NCBI GenBank assembly: GCA_049322915.1
Contig: JBMOPW010000041.1
Span: forward strand, 1 to 42,667
Direction of reading: 5' to 3'
DNA from: Candidatus Zhuqueibacterota bacterium
GTDB taxonomy: Bacteria; Zhuqueibacterota; Zhuqueibacteria; Thermofontimicrobiales; Thermofontimicrobiaceae
Length of the DNA stretch: 42,667 nucleotides
Shown here: in pieces, positions 1 through 9,040 of the stretch
How positions within the stretch are numbered: position 1 is the first letter of the stretch
Layout: each line of letters begins with the position of its first letter
The notes under the pieces: generated by a model
What the model was told of the DNA's origin: nothing
Database searches by the model: none
The model's input: only the letters and a program-made list of their open reading frames with translations
Made by a program: the position numbers and the translations under genes

Positions 1-1
1 A

Positions 2-721
2 CCACGTCTCGATGGTGTAGGAACCTTCCAGCCCGGAGAACTGGTGGTTGGTGTTGATGTCGCCATCAAACCAGTACACATAGCTGTTGCCATTGAACTG
101 GGCGCAGCGGCCCAGATTCGGCGTCAGAATCACTTTGGTCTTGAACACCGGATTGCCCGACGGCGTCTCCACATGGCCGGTCACGATCCCATTGGGATTC
201 AGAAATCCAATGTCATTATCCAGATGACTTACGCCCATGTCGTTTTCAACAGCGACGCCATAGGTATACGTCATGCCGGGGAAAACATTTAAATCCTGAA
301 ATTGTGTCTGCTTTATTGGGAGCGTGGTCAGGATATAGTTGTTTCGGTACAAGGTAACTTCCTGGCTGTTCACCGGCGGCCCGGTGCGGTCGCCTTCGAT
401 ATCCCATTCGACAATGACAATATCCTGAAAGTCGCCGTCCGATGCGCGGACCAATGGAGCGGCCGGTTCTTTGAGGTAATGGCTCCAGAAACCGGTAGCG
501 ACTGAATTCACTGAATAATTGGTATTTTCCATTGTCGCAAATGGCTGACCGATCGTTGCAATCACGGAGAAGAGTTTACCTTTCATCTGCCCGGTGGATG
601 AACTGGTGAGCATTTGCTTTTCGACTTTATAGATTGGCTCGCAGAGTTGTGCATGTAGGAACGATGGTGACCACCACACAACGGACAGGATAAGCAGCCA
701 TATTCGAATTATATTTTTCAT
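2..721 (-). CDS. 5' part of a secreted protein (signal peptide, 'TIGQP..GFW' N-terminal segment, FN3-like domain, start of LamG/concanavalin-like domain); runs off the left edge
   Basis: Manual translation from ATG at 721 stays open for 240 codons to the edge: MKNIIRIWLLILSVVWWSPSFLHAQ...VIATIGQPF...VATGFWSHY...VRASDGDFQDIVIVEW...FQDLNVFPGMTYTYGVAVEN...AQFNGNSYV...SYTIETW. GAGGA RBS upstream; starts 33 nt after the preceding stop. Absent from the ORF track because no stop lies inside the window. Confidence 0.85.
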   Translation of the reverse strand, partial: MKNIIRIWLLILSVVWWSPSFLHAQLCEPIYKVEKQMLTSSSTGQMKGKLFSVIATIGQPFATMENTNYSVNSVATGFWSHYLKEPAAPLVRASDGDFQDIVIVEWDIEGDRTGPPVNSQEVTLYRNNYILTTLPIKQTQFQDLNVFPGMTYTYGVAVENDMGVSHLDNDIGFLNPNGIVTGHVETPSGNPVFKTKVILTPNLGRCAQFNGNSYVYWFDGDINTNHQFSGLEGSYTIETW

Positions 722-754
722 AGATTTTTCCTCGCGCGTGCGATTTATCCTGTT

Positions 755-2494
755 TTAATATTTAATGATATAATTGATAACAATATACGGCTGAAGGATA
801 TTGTGCGCCGTGCTGCTCCCCGTCGACGCGGAATTGAATGCCCCGATATCCAGTGTGTGTCTATGATCTCCGGTTTCTGAGGTAGTACCACCAGATGCAG
901 TCGGGTATTCGACTGCGGTGCCATTTGTATCGTGGTCCAAACCAGTATAACTACCATTCGTAGGGTCAGTATAGGAATGAGTGTGCTTACCGACGGAATC
1001 TGTCAATTTAGACGGCGGATCCACGGAATGGGTGTGCGAAGGCATTTCGTCAACAGTCAGCGTATGGGTTTTTTCACCACCTTTTTCATTCAGGGTGTCG
1101 AACGACGAATCACCTGGGTCTCTGCCAACCGGGACGCGACCTTTGAAATTTGGCAGAGCAAAGCTCGAAGCGGTTCCGCCATAGGTCGTCCCAATGACGG
1201 CATACAGATCGGCGTAGGTGGTGGAACTCACAGCGGAACCATCGCAGATGAGCCAGCCGGCCGGCGCTGTGCTTCCGGAATACATGGCGATGGTGCCCAC
1301 TGGCGCCAGGTACCCGGTTACGTCTTTTATCCTTCCCGAAGAGGTTATGTCACCAGCGGTTATGTCGGTCGCCTTGATAGTGCCAATCACTTCCAGTTTT
1401 GTCGAAGGGGTTGTTATGCCAATGCCCACTTCGCCATCCGTATCAATGGTGACCACTGCAGCATTCTCCTGTACCAACTGAACCGAATTATCCGAAACCG
1501 TTCCAAGATAAAAAGCATCCTTTCTGGAGCCAGTATAAATCTGGCCGATATCTCCAACCAGCCCAATCCGCGCATACAACGTGCCGAGGTCCTGATAGAA
1601 TCCGATGCTCGGATTATCATTTTCATTGTTATTATCCGTGTCCGCTTCGATTCGCACTTCGGCATCTGCGGTCGAGGAACTGACGTGAAGCAGCGCGTCG
1701 GTTTTGGGCCCGACGCCAACATTGCCATTATTGGCGACCGTCATGACCGTCGCAGCGCCGCTCACCACCTGCACCGAGCCTGAGCCATTATCATCGGCAT
1801 CCGTCGTGATGATCACATTGCCATTATTGGTCAACGACGACGCTGATCCGCCGAAATGAGCGCTGGAGAGCGCCGAGCCATCGCTGAACAGAATGGAGCC
1901 GTTGCGCAATTTCAGATTGCCGCTGATGTCCAGCGCCTGCTCCGGGGTGACATTCAGTCCGATTTTGCCAGTGGCGTCCACGGTCATCACACCGCCGCCG
2001 GCCGCTGAGCTCTCGATCTTCAACAGATTATCCGCGGCGTTCTGCGTCTTGATGTGCAGCCCGGCGGCAGGACTGGTGAGGCCCACGCCCACATTGCCGC
2101 TCGACGGGAATGTATTTTTTACACCGAAAACAGACATGGCTGCCGGCGCTTTCAGGAGCTTCATGCGCGGCTCCAATTCCTGATCGCCTTCGACAGAAAT
2201 ACCGAGATAATACTGGGTGCTGAATGATAAATTTGTCAACGGTACCTGGGACCCCAGTTCCACAATAAAAACGCCATGTTTGACATCGACGCTGGCCTGG
2301 GTCTCAGTCCATAAAGCAGTTCCTCCAGTGGCGGCTGTATAAATGCGAAAGGTGATGCTGTAGAAGCCATCGGTTACAGTTCTTCCTAAAGGATCCCGCA
2401 ATACTCCCTGAATGGAGAAAGTTTGCGCGAGAGCCGTCTGACTGATCATACAAACAATGATGCAGACAATGAAAGATGAGATGATTCGCTTCAT
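755..2494 (-). CDS. Secreted phage tail-fibre-like protein with C-terminal tail-collar domain and His-x-His tip
   Basis: Sec signal peptide (..TALA/Q); repeated GxVG[IV]G shaft motifs; collar signature PVGTIAMYSG..APAGWLICDG..YADLYAVIGTTYGG..FALPNFKGRVPVG; HTH/HTH/HRH motifs; ends 'HNILQPYIVINYIIKY'; AAGGAG RBS. Confidence 0.85.
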   Translation of the reverse strand: MKRIISSFIVCIIVCMISQTALAQTFSIQGVLRDPLGRTVTDGFYSITFRIYTAATGGTALWTETQASVDVKHGVFIVELGSQVPLTNLSFSTQYYLGISVEGDQELEPRMKLLKAPAAMSVFGVKNTFPSSGNVGVGLTSPAAGLHIKTQNAADNLLKIESSAAGGGVMTVDATGKIGLNVTPEQALDISGNLKLRNGSILFSDGSALSSAHFGGSASSLTNNGNVIITTDADDNGSGSVQVVSGAATVMTVANNGNVGVGPKTDALLHVSSSTADAEVRIEADTDNNNENDNPSIGFYQDLGTLYARIGLVGDIGQIYTGSRKDAFYLGTVSDNSVQLVQENAAVVTIDTDGEVGIGITTPSTKLEVIGTIKATDITAGDITSSGRIKDVTGYLAPVGTIAMYSGSTAPAGWLICDGSAVSSTTYADLYAVIGTTYGGTASSFALPNFKGRVPVGRDPGDSSFDTLNEKGGEKTHTLTVDEMPSHTHSVDPPSKLTDSVGKHTHSYTDPTNGSYTGLDHDTNGTAVEYPTASGGTTSETGDHRHTLDIGAFNSASTGSSTAHNILQPYIVINYIIKY

Positions 2495-4120
2495 GATTGA
2501 CTCCTTTAATAACTCGAGAGCAGTAAAAATTAGAATCTTTATCGACTTCTAAAGACGTTTGATTATAAGTATATCAGTTATTTAATTGAATATTCGCTTT
2601 ATTAAAAAGTAGTCCTGGCAAAGCACTCACTCTGAATAGCGCATGAACTGATGTTTTGAATTCATATCCTATACCTCGTTTTAACATGGATATTCAAAAT
2701 GATGATCTTCATTTGATTGAGTTTACAGCTAATTTTTAAAACGAATTAATTGCCAGCCAATATAATAAGGGCTACTACCAAAAGTAGAAATCGTCAAACG
2801 GTATTGCACGGGAGAATTTCGGCAAATAATTAAATAGGTAATTTGAGCCCCAATCCTAAAATAACCAGTTTTTACGGAGGAACTACTTGTTTGATGATTT
2901 TCCAAATATCGCCATTCATTTCTGGTGGGGTTGGCGATACTTAGAGATACAAAAGTATCACTTGCATATAATTCCGAACTTGAAACAAGATATTCTCCAG
3001 TCCAATTTCCTGTTTCCTTTAAATAAACCTGAACATAGCTGCCATATTTTCGGAACGCCAGATAAACATCCTCATAGAAAATCGGACTAGCATCATCATA
3101 AGGGTAAATACCCGACCTTAAAAGGCAACCAGCGATTGAGCCATTCGCGACATCCTGTAAATCTGAATCAAGCCGTTCGTTGGGTACCGTGCCGCTGGAC
3201 AAATTGGAGGCATTCAGATTGGTAACCGACGAACCGTTAATTCGCTCAGATGGGACGGAGCCGGATGCAAGATTGGAGGCATTTAGACTGGTAATCGATG
3301 CACCATTTCCGGAGAGGGTGTTAGCTGCGACGTTACCGCTTACCGACATTGCCGAAGAAGTGACCGTGCCATTTACCGTTAAGGGTTGGGTCGGATTTGT
3401 TGTTCCGATTCCAACGTAGCCATTATTCGCCACGGTCAAAACCGTTGTGGCGCCGCTCACCACCTGCACCGAGCCGGAGCCATTATCATCAGCGTCGGTC
3501 GTGATGATCACATTGCCATTATTGGTCAATGACGACGCCGAGCCGCCAAAATAGGCGCTGGAGAGCGAGGAGCCATCGTCGAATAGAATTGAGCCATTGC
3601 GCATTTTCAGATTACCGTTGATGTCCAGCGCCTGCTCCGGCGTGACATTGAGTCCAATTTTACCATTGGCGTCCACGGTCATCACGCCGCCGCCCGGCGC
3701 TGAGCTCTCGATCTTCAACAGATTATCCCCGGTATTCTGAGTTTTGATGTGCAACCCGGCAGCCGGGCTAACAATGCCCACACCCACATTTCCGATCGAT
3801 GGGAACGTATTTTTTGTGCCGAAAACAGACATGGCCGCCGGCGCTTTTTGAAGCTTCATGCGCGGTTCCAATTCCTGGTCGCCTTCAACGGAAATACCGA
3901 GAAAATACTGGGCGTTGAACGATAAATTTGTGAGCGCTACCTGGGACCCCAATTCCACAATAAAAACGCCATGTTTGACATCGACGCTGCCCTGGGTCTC
4001 GGTCCATAATGCTGTTCCGCCGATTGCGACGTCATAAATTCGAAAGGTGAGGCTATAGGCGCCATCAGCTACACTTCTTCCTAATGGATCTCTGAGTACT
4101 CCCTGAATCGAAAAAGTCTC
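1712..4120. repeat. Direct repeat of ~710 bp (approx. 1712-2425 vs 3407-4120) encoding the shared fibre N-terminus
   Basis: Constant offset of 1695 nt at the points checked (e.g. ctcaccacctgcaccgagcc at 1761 and 3456); many differences are synonymous. Confidence 0.9.
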
Positions 4121-4180
4121 AGCGAAGGCCAATTGGAATAGCCCGCATAGAATCAGAAACGATAAGAGTGTACGTTTCAT
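2729..4180 (-). CDS. Secreted tail-fibre-like paralog with unrelated C-terminal tip
   Basis: Signal peptide (..LAFA/E); first ~260 aa collinear with 755..2494; two 'LNASNLxSG[ST]VPxER' fibre-type repeats; unrecognised AT-rich C-terminal ~130 aa; AAGGAG RBS. Confidence 0.8.
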   Translation of the reverse strand: MKRTLLSFLILCGLFQLAFAETFSIQGVLRDPLGRSVADGAYSLTFRIYDVAIGGTALWTETQGSVDVKHGVFIVELGSQVALTNLSFNAQYFLGISVEGDQELEPRMKLQKAPAAMSVFGTKNTFPSIGNVGVGIVSPAAGLHIKTQNTGDNLLKIESSAPGGGVMTVDANGKIGLNVTPEQALDINGNLKMRNGSILFDDGSSLSSAYFGGSASSLTNNGNVIITTDADDNGSGSVQVVSGATTVLTVANNGYVGIGTTNPTQPLTVNGTVTSSAMSVSGNVAANTLSGNGASITSLNASNLASGSVPSERINGSSVTNLNASNLSSGTVPNERLDSDLQDVANGSIAGCLLRSGIYPYDDASPIFYEDVYLAFRKYGSYVQVYLKETGNWTGEYLVSSSELYASDTFVSLSIANPTRNEWRYLENHQTSSSSVKTGYFRIGAQITYLIICRNSPVQYRLTISTFGSSPYYIGWQLIRFKN

Positions 4181-4476
4181 GATAAACTCCTTGCTTATGA
4201 AAGATGATGCTTTGAATCGGGATTAGCAAATGACGTTTCTATTATCGTCACTTGATGACAAGTAATTAGTTTTTCATGGCTTGTTACAATTTATTAAATT
4301 TGCTTTCCGGGCGGATGGCAAATGGATTGATACTTATTATTATCAGTCAGATACTGAGAGTCGTTGGAAAAAAAGTTATTCGGTCGCACACTATTGATAC
4401 AAAAAAATAACAGCCTTTTCGGCAATAGTCTGGGTTTGCTCCGCCCTGGTATATTTCACAAAAATGCAATTTTCTA

Positions 4477-4505
4477 TTGACATCTTTCCAGAAATATCTT
4501 ACCTT
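4477..4505 (+). promoter_or_regulatory. sigma70-type promoter
   Basis: TTGACA-17 nt-TACCTT upstream of the ATG at 4649. Confidence 0.55.
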
Positions 4506-4648
4506 TAGCGTCATTCGGATTGGCCCACAACGGCCAGAGCGAATCCGCAGTACACGTTTTTTAAAAATGAAAACTGCAAATTCGTCGGGCAGGGCAGTGA
4601 GTGTTGGCGAACGTTTATCAATGACCGACGCAATCCCTGAGGTGATCG

Positions 4649-5560
4649 ATGAAAAACAAAGTGACCTGTTGCATCTGGTTCGCCCTTCTGGTATTTTCAG
4701 GATATTTTCGTGTGAATTCAAGCTTCGCGCAGGAACAGGCTGAGGCCGATATTCGGGGGATCTTCACATTGTTTCAGCAGGGGGTGGACTCCCGCGATAC
4801 GACCGTGGCCCGGCGTATCGCTTCCGGGAAATTTCTGCCGGGATTTACACCGCTGTACACGTTGCTGGTCGACGGCTACTCCCGGGCGAATATTCCGTTT
4901 CCGCTGGAAATCGGGCATGTGAAAATCCTCAGTGACGGCCGCGCCAAAGTGGAGACATATCTCAATCCGGCGCGAAATCTGATTATCTTCACGCTGTGCC
5001 GGGAGGATGGCGCCTGGAAGTTATGTCACTCCGAGGGAATATTGCTGCCGATTTTCGCTGTGCCAGAGATGCCGTACCGCGAAGTATATCGCATTCCGGA
5101 AGACCAGCGCGGTTGGATGATGGCGGAACGGGACCTGGCGTTTCAGAGTCTGGTGTTTGAAAAAATCAAAGCCATCGAGGGCGAACAGGCGGCAATGGAT
5201 TTTTTTCTCGATGGACCTGGCTACTGGACGGCAATGGATGCCTGGCTGCCATTCATTGAAGGCGCTGCTCAGTTCGCGCTGTTTTTCACCATCATCGAAA
5301 ATAATTATTATGGCGCCAATTATCTCATCACCCATGCCACATCGGACGAAGCTGAAATCCACTGCAATCCGCTGGTGGAGTTGAGCGTGCTGCAGCGCGC
5401 CCGGTTTTATCCGAAGTTCAGCTTTGACCAATTCAAGCAGCTCTTCGAATACCGGATGAGGCAGCGTGCGGAACACTGCGGATTGGAGATTACCTTTTAT
5501 TACGCCGATGCCATGTGCCGGATCAGTTTGAAAAAATACAGCGCTGCACAGAAGAAGTGA
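4649..5560 (+). CDS. Exported hypothetical protein (N-terminal NTF2/SnoaL-like domain plus unassigned C-terminal domain)
   Basis: Signal peptide (..SSFA/Q); GAGG RBS; 'EADIRGIFTLF....RAKVE....FTLCREDGAWKL' resembles an NTF2-like fold. Confidence 0.6.
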   Translation: MKNKVTCCIWFALLVFSGYFRVNSSFAQEQAEADIRGIFTLFQQGVDSRDTTVARRIASGKFLPGFTPLYTLLVDGYSRANIPFPLEIGHVKILSDGRAKVETYLNPARNLIIFTLCREDGAWKLCHSEGILLPIFAVPEMPYREVYRIPEDQRGWMMAERDLAFQSLVFEKIKAIEGEQAAMDFFLDGPGYWTAMDAWLPFIEGAAQFALFFTIIENNYYGANYLITHATSDEAEIHCNPLVELSVLQRARFYPKFSFDQFKQLFEYRMRQRAEHCGLEITFYYADAMCRISLKKYSAAQKK

Positions 5561-5708
5561 CGTCGCAGCGTTTGTCCCCGGTGACCGTTGTAGACTTCCA
5601 GCGTTCAACGACGAAAAGCCATTGTTGGATTGGTTTCACCCCGAATGACTGTTCGGTCGGATAAACGAACCGCACGCGGGATTTTGATCAGTCAATCGAT
5701 TGTCACTC

Positions 5709-5717
5709 TGATATAAT
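5709..5717 (+). promoter_or_regulatory. Extended -10 promoter element
   Basis: TG-a-TATAAT 26 nt upstream of the symporter ATG. Confidence 0.45.
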
Positions 5718-5743
5718 TTTACCAACAGAAAGGGAAACAAAGA

Positions 5744-7339
5744 ATGAATTTGACCTGGCTTGATATTGTCACTTTTCTCGCTTTTTTCGGTGTCGTTGTC
5801 GGAGTCAGCATGTATAAAAGTCGCAGGGAACAGACGGGCGAGGATTTTTTCCTGGCCAGCCGCGGCCTGCTCTGGCCTATCATCGGACTTTCGCTCATTG
5901 CCGCCAATATCTCCTCGGAGCATTTTGTCGGAATGGCTGGTCAGGGCGCTGGCGCAGCCGGTCTGGCCATCGCCAGCTATGAATGGATGGCCGCCATCGT
6001 GCTCGTGTTTGTCGCGCTTATCTTCTTGCCAAAATTTTTACGAAGCGGCATTTTCACCATTCCTGAGTATCTGGAATACCGCTACAACGTGACGGCTCGA
6101 ACGATCATGGCCGTGTACACCATGATCATTTACGTCGGCGTCACCATTGCCGCAGTGATTTACTCCGGCGGTTTGACGCTGCAAACGTTGTTCGGCGATT
6201 TGAACAATCCTGGGCACTTGAAATTGAGCATCTGGGTGATTGGATGCATTGCTGCGCTGTACACCATCTGGGGCGGACTCAAAGCAGTGGCCTGGGCCGA
6301 TCTGTTCCAGGGGTCTGCGCTCCTTTTGGGTGGGATCGTGACGACGTACCTCGGCTTCAAAGCTGTTGGCGGTCCGGCCCATTTTTTTGAAGTCAACGCC
6401 GACAAACTGCACATGATTCTTCCCAAAGATCATTCGGTCCTGCCATGGACTGCGCTGTTGTTCGGGTTATGGATCCCTAACTTTTATTACTGGGGTTTGA
6501 ATCAGTACATCACGCAGCGAACCCTGGCCGCAAAGACACTGCGCCAGGGACAGTTGGGCATCATCTTCGCGGCGTTCCTGAAACTGCTCATTCCGTTCAT
6601 TATTATTCTGCCCGGCATAATGGCGTATCAGCTTTACAGCAGCCAGATGACCGGAGAAAGCGGCACCGATGCGGCGTATCCGCTGCTCATTCGTAACCTG
6701 GTCAGCCCGGGCATACGCGCGTTCATTTTTGCCGCCATCAGCGGCGCAGTCATCAGCTCGCTGGCGTCCATGCTGAACTCGGCCTCGACCATTTTCACCA
6801 TGGATATTTACCGTCGGCTCTGGAAGAAAGATGCATCGCAAAAATCGCTCATCAATTCCGGTCGCATCACCACGGCAATCTTCGCGCTCATTGGTTGTCT
6901 CATCGCCCCGGTGCTGAGCGATCCCAGTTTAAAGGGAATTTTCACCTATATTCAGGAGTTCCAGGGCTTCATTTCGCCGGGCATCCTGTCCGCGTTCGTG
7001 TTCGGATTGATTTTCAAACGAAGTCCGGCAGCGGCGGGCGTCACGGCGTTGATTTTGAATCCCATCATTTACGGCGTTCTGCTGGTATTCTTCGGCAATC
7101 TGCCGTTCTTCGAAAACCTCGGCCTGACCATCACGAGCATCGCATTTTTGAACCGGATGGCCATCACTTTCATCATCATTTTCCTGGTGATGGGCGTGAT
7201 CACGTATTTGAAGCCGCTGCCGCAGCCGAAGAAAATGCCGGTCAGAGAGGAATTCGATATGAAAGCCACACCGGCGGTCATCTGGCTGGGCGCCTTGGTG
7301 ATTGGCATTACGCTGACATTGTACGGCATTTTCTGGTAA
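5744..7339 (+). CDS. Sodium:solute symporter (SSS family), vSGLT-like sugar (probably galactose) transporter
   Basis: 'EDFFLASRGL', 'SLIAANISSEHFVGMAG', 'AIASYEWMA', 'YYWGLNQYITQRTLAA', 'SSLASMLNSASTIFTMDIY'; many TM segments; adjacent to galactokinase. Confidence 0.92.
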   Translation: MNLTWLDIVTFLAFFGVVVGVSMYKSRREQTGEDFFLASRGLLWPIIGLSLIAANISSEHFVGMAGQGAGAAGLAIASYEWMAAIVLVFVALIFLPKFLRSGIFTIPEYLEYRYNVTARTIMAVYTMIIYVGVTIAAVIYSGGLTLQTLFGDLNNPGHLKLSIWVIGCIAALYTIWGGLKAVAWADLFQGSALLLGGIVTTYLGFKAVGGPAHFFEVNADKLHMILPKDHSVLPWTALLFGLWIPNFYYWGLNQYITQRTLAAKTLRQGQLGIIFAAFLKLLIPFIIILPGIMAYQLYSSQMTGESGTDAAYPLLIRNLVSPGIRAFIFAAISGAVISSLASMLNSASTIFTMDIYRRLWKKDASQKSLINSGRITTAIFALIGCLIAPVLSDPSLKGIFTYIQEFQGFISPGILSAFVFGLIFKRSPAAAGVTALILNPIIYGVLLVFFGNLPFFENLGLTITSIAFLNRMAITFIIIFLVMGVITYLKPLPQPKKMPVREEFDMKATPAVIWLGALVIGITLTLYGIFW

Positions 7340-7535
7340 GCACTATTTTTAATTCCGAAACGCCCCGCATCGCTCCGATGGCAACGCCCTGGCTGAATGA
7401 ATCGTCTGATATTCTTCACCAGGGCTATTAGGCTTTGCGGTGAACGCGGTCGTGCAGGCTGTCGTCCATTTTTAAAATCGTTTTCTCGACGAATCAATGG
7501 TGAGCCACGGCGCTCGTTAATTGGAGAATTCCACA

Positions 7536-8813
7536 ATGACCCACGTGAGAGGCTTTGACAAGATTTTTGAGACGATGTACGGAGATAAAAAAGAGGAATT
7601 GAACCGTCAGACCGAGCGCTACGCCCGGCTCGTTCAGAAATTCGGGACGAAATTTGGCCCGGCTGAGATTCATTTCTTCAGTACCCCGGGCCGAACGGAA
7701 ATTGGTGGGAATCACACGGATCACAATTTGGGGCGTGTCCTGGCTGGCAGCGTCAATCTCGATTCTGTTGCGGCTGCGGCAAAAACGGAGTCCGCAAAAA
7801 TTCAGCTCTATTCCGATGGATTTCCCGGCGTCTTCGAGGTTGATTTGTCCCGGCTGGAGCGCGTGGACGCGGAGCGAGGCACAACCACGGCGTTGATTCG
7901 CGGCATTGCCTCGCGTTTTCAGCAGCTTGGCCTGACTATTGGCGGCTTCAATGCCTGGGTTCATAGCGAGGTGCTGCAGGGCTCCGGACTCAGTTCGTCC
8001 GCGTCCATCGAGGTGCTCATTGGCACGATTCTCAATTACTATTATAACGATGGAGCAGTCGCCCCGGAAAAAATCGCCATGGTCGGCCAGTACGCTGAAA
8101 ACGAGTATTTCGGCAAGCCCTGCGGATTGATGGACCAAACCGCCTGCGCGGTGGGCGGAATTATCACCATCGATTTCAAAGATCCGTCCCTGCCTGTTGT
8201 GAAGAAGGTCGATTTCAATTTTGCCGCGCAACATTACAGCCTTGTGGTGGTGGATACCGGCGGCAACCATGCCGATTTAACCGATGACTATGCCGCAGTG
8301 CCCCGGGAGATGAAATCTGTGGCAGCAGCATTGGGCGGCAAGGTCTGCCGCGATCTGGATATGGCGCAACTCGTGACCACCATGCGGACATTACGGGAGA
8401 AGGTGGGCGATCGCGCCATTGTGCGGGCGATTCATTTCCTGCAGGACAATGAGCGCGTCAGCGAACAGGTGACGGCGCTGGAGCAGGGCGATTTCCATCG
8501 TTTCCTGGAATTGGTGAATGCGTCCGGGAATTCGTCGTTCAAATGGCTGCAAAATATTTACACGGTGAAAAACGTCCGCGAACAGGGCGTCACCCTGGCG
8601 CTGGCGTTGACTGAAAAGTATCTGGGCGAAATTGGGGCAGGCGCCTGCCGCGTCCACGGCGGCGGATTTGCCGGGACGATCCAGGTCTTTCTGCCCGATG
8701 AAACCGTGGCCGGTTACCAGCGGATGATGGAGCAGGTGTTCGGCGACAACAGCGTGAAGGCGCTTTCCATCCGGCCGGTCGGGACGGTGCATGTCGGCCG
8801 GCTGGATCAATGA
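7536..8813 (+). CDS. galK: Galactokinase (GHMP kinase)
   Basis: PGRTEIGGNHTDHN, GSGLSSSAS, GKPCGLMDQ, GACRVHGGGFAG motifs; ATG at 7536 chosen for its GGAG RBS (ORF track starts at TTG 7521). Confidence 0.9.
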   Translation: MTHVRGFDKIFETMYGDKKEELNRQTERYARLVQKFGTKFGPAEIHFFSTPGRTEIGGNHTDHNLGRVLAGSVNLDSVAAAAKTESAKIQLYSDGFPGVFEVDLSRLERVDAERGTTTALIRGIASRFQQLGLTIGGFNAWVHSEVLQGSGLSSSASIEVLIGTILNYYYNDGAVAPEKIAMVGQYAENEYFGKPCGLMDQTACAVGGIITIDFKDPSLPVVKKVDFNFAAQHYSLVVVDTGGNHADLTDDYAAVPREMKSVAAALGGKVCRDLDMAQLVTTMRTLREKVGDRAIVRAIHFLQDNERVSEQVTALEQGDFHRFLELVNASGNSSFKWLQNIYTVKNVREQGVTLALALTEKYLGEIGAGACRVHGGGFAGTIQVFLPDETVAGYQRMMEQVFGDNSVKALSIRPVGTVHVGRLDQ

Positions 8814-8925
8814 TCGGCCCTGTTGGTCGAGGAATTGGCCTGACGGCTGCAAATATTCCCTAACCACTGAGACAACAAACTGTAACTGCCTGGTCATGTG
8901 TCGGACACAACGACTGTCAATCGAT

Positions 8926-9010
8926 CGCTCGGGATATTTATCCCGAGCGGTTTGCTCAACTTGAACGTTTGGGATAATCTATCCGAACCGGGCTGGAAAT
9001 ATTTTCCAGC
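8926..9010. repeat. Cluster of three REP-like palindromes between convergent genes
   Basis: cgctcgggata-tt-tatcccgagcg (8926-8949, perfect); cgtttgggata-atc-tatccgaaccg (8966-8990, degenerate); gctggaaa-tat-tttccagc (8992-9010, perfect). Confidence 0.7.
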
Positions 9011-9040
9011 GCGATCAGGTAATTGACTTGAGTTGAACTG

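Noticed and set aside
932..1783. 283-aa + strand ORF
   Set aside because: Antisense shadow of the fibre gene with no recognisable motifs.
755..2494. Prophage or contractile injection system
   Set aside because: No capsid, terminase, sheath, tube, baseplate or integrase genes in the window, and the fibres carry signal peptides.
755..4180. Diversity-generating retroelement or shufflon acting on the fibre genes
   Set aside because: No reverse transcriptase or invertase in the window. The repeat covers the N-terminus, both copies are coding, and differences are not adenine-specific.
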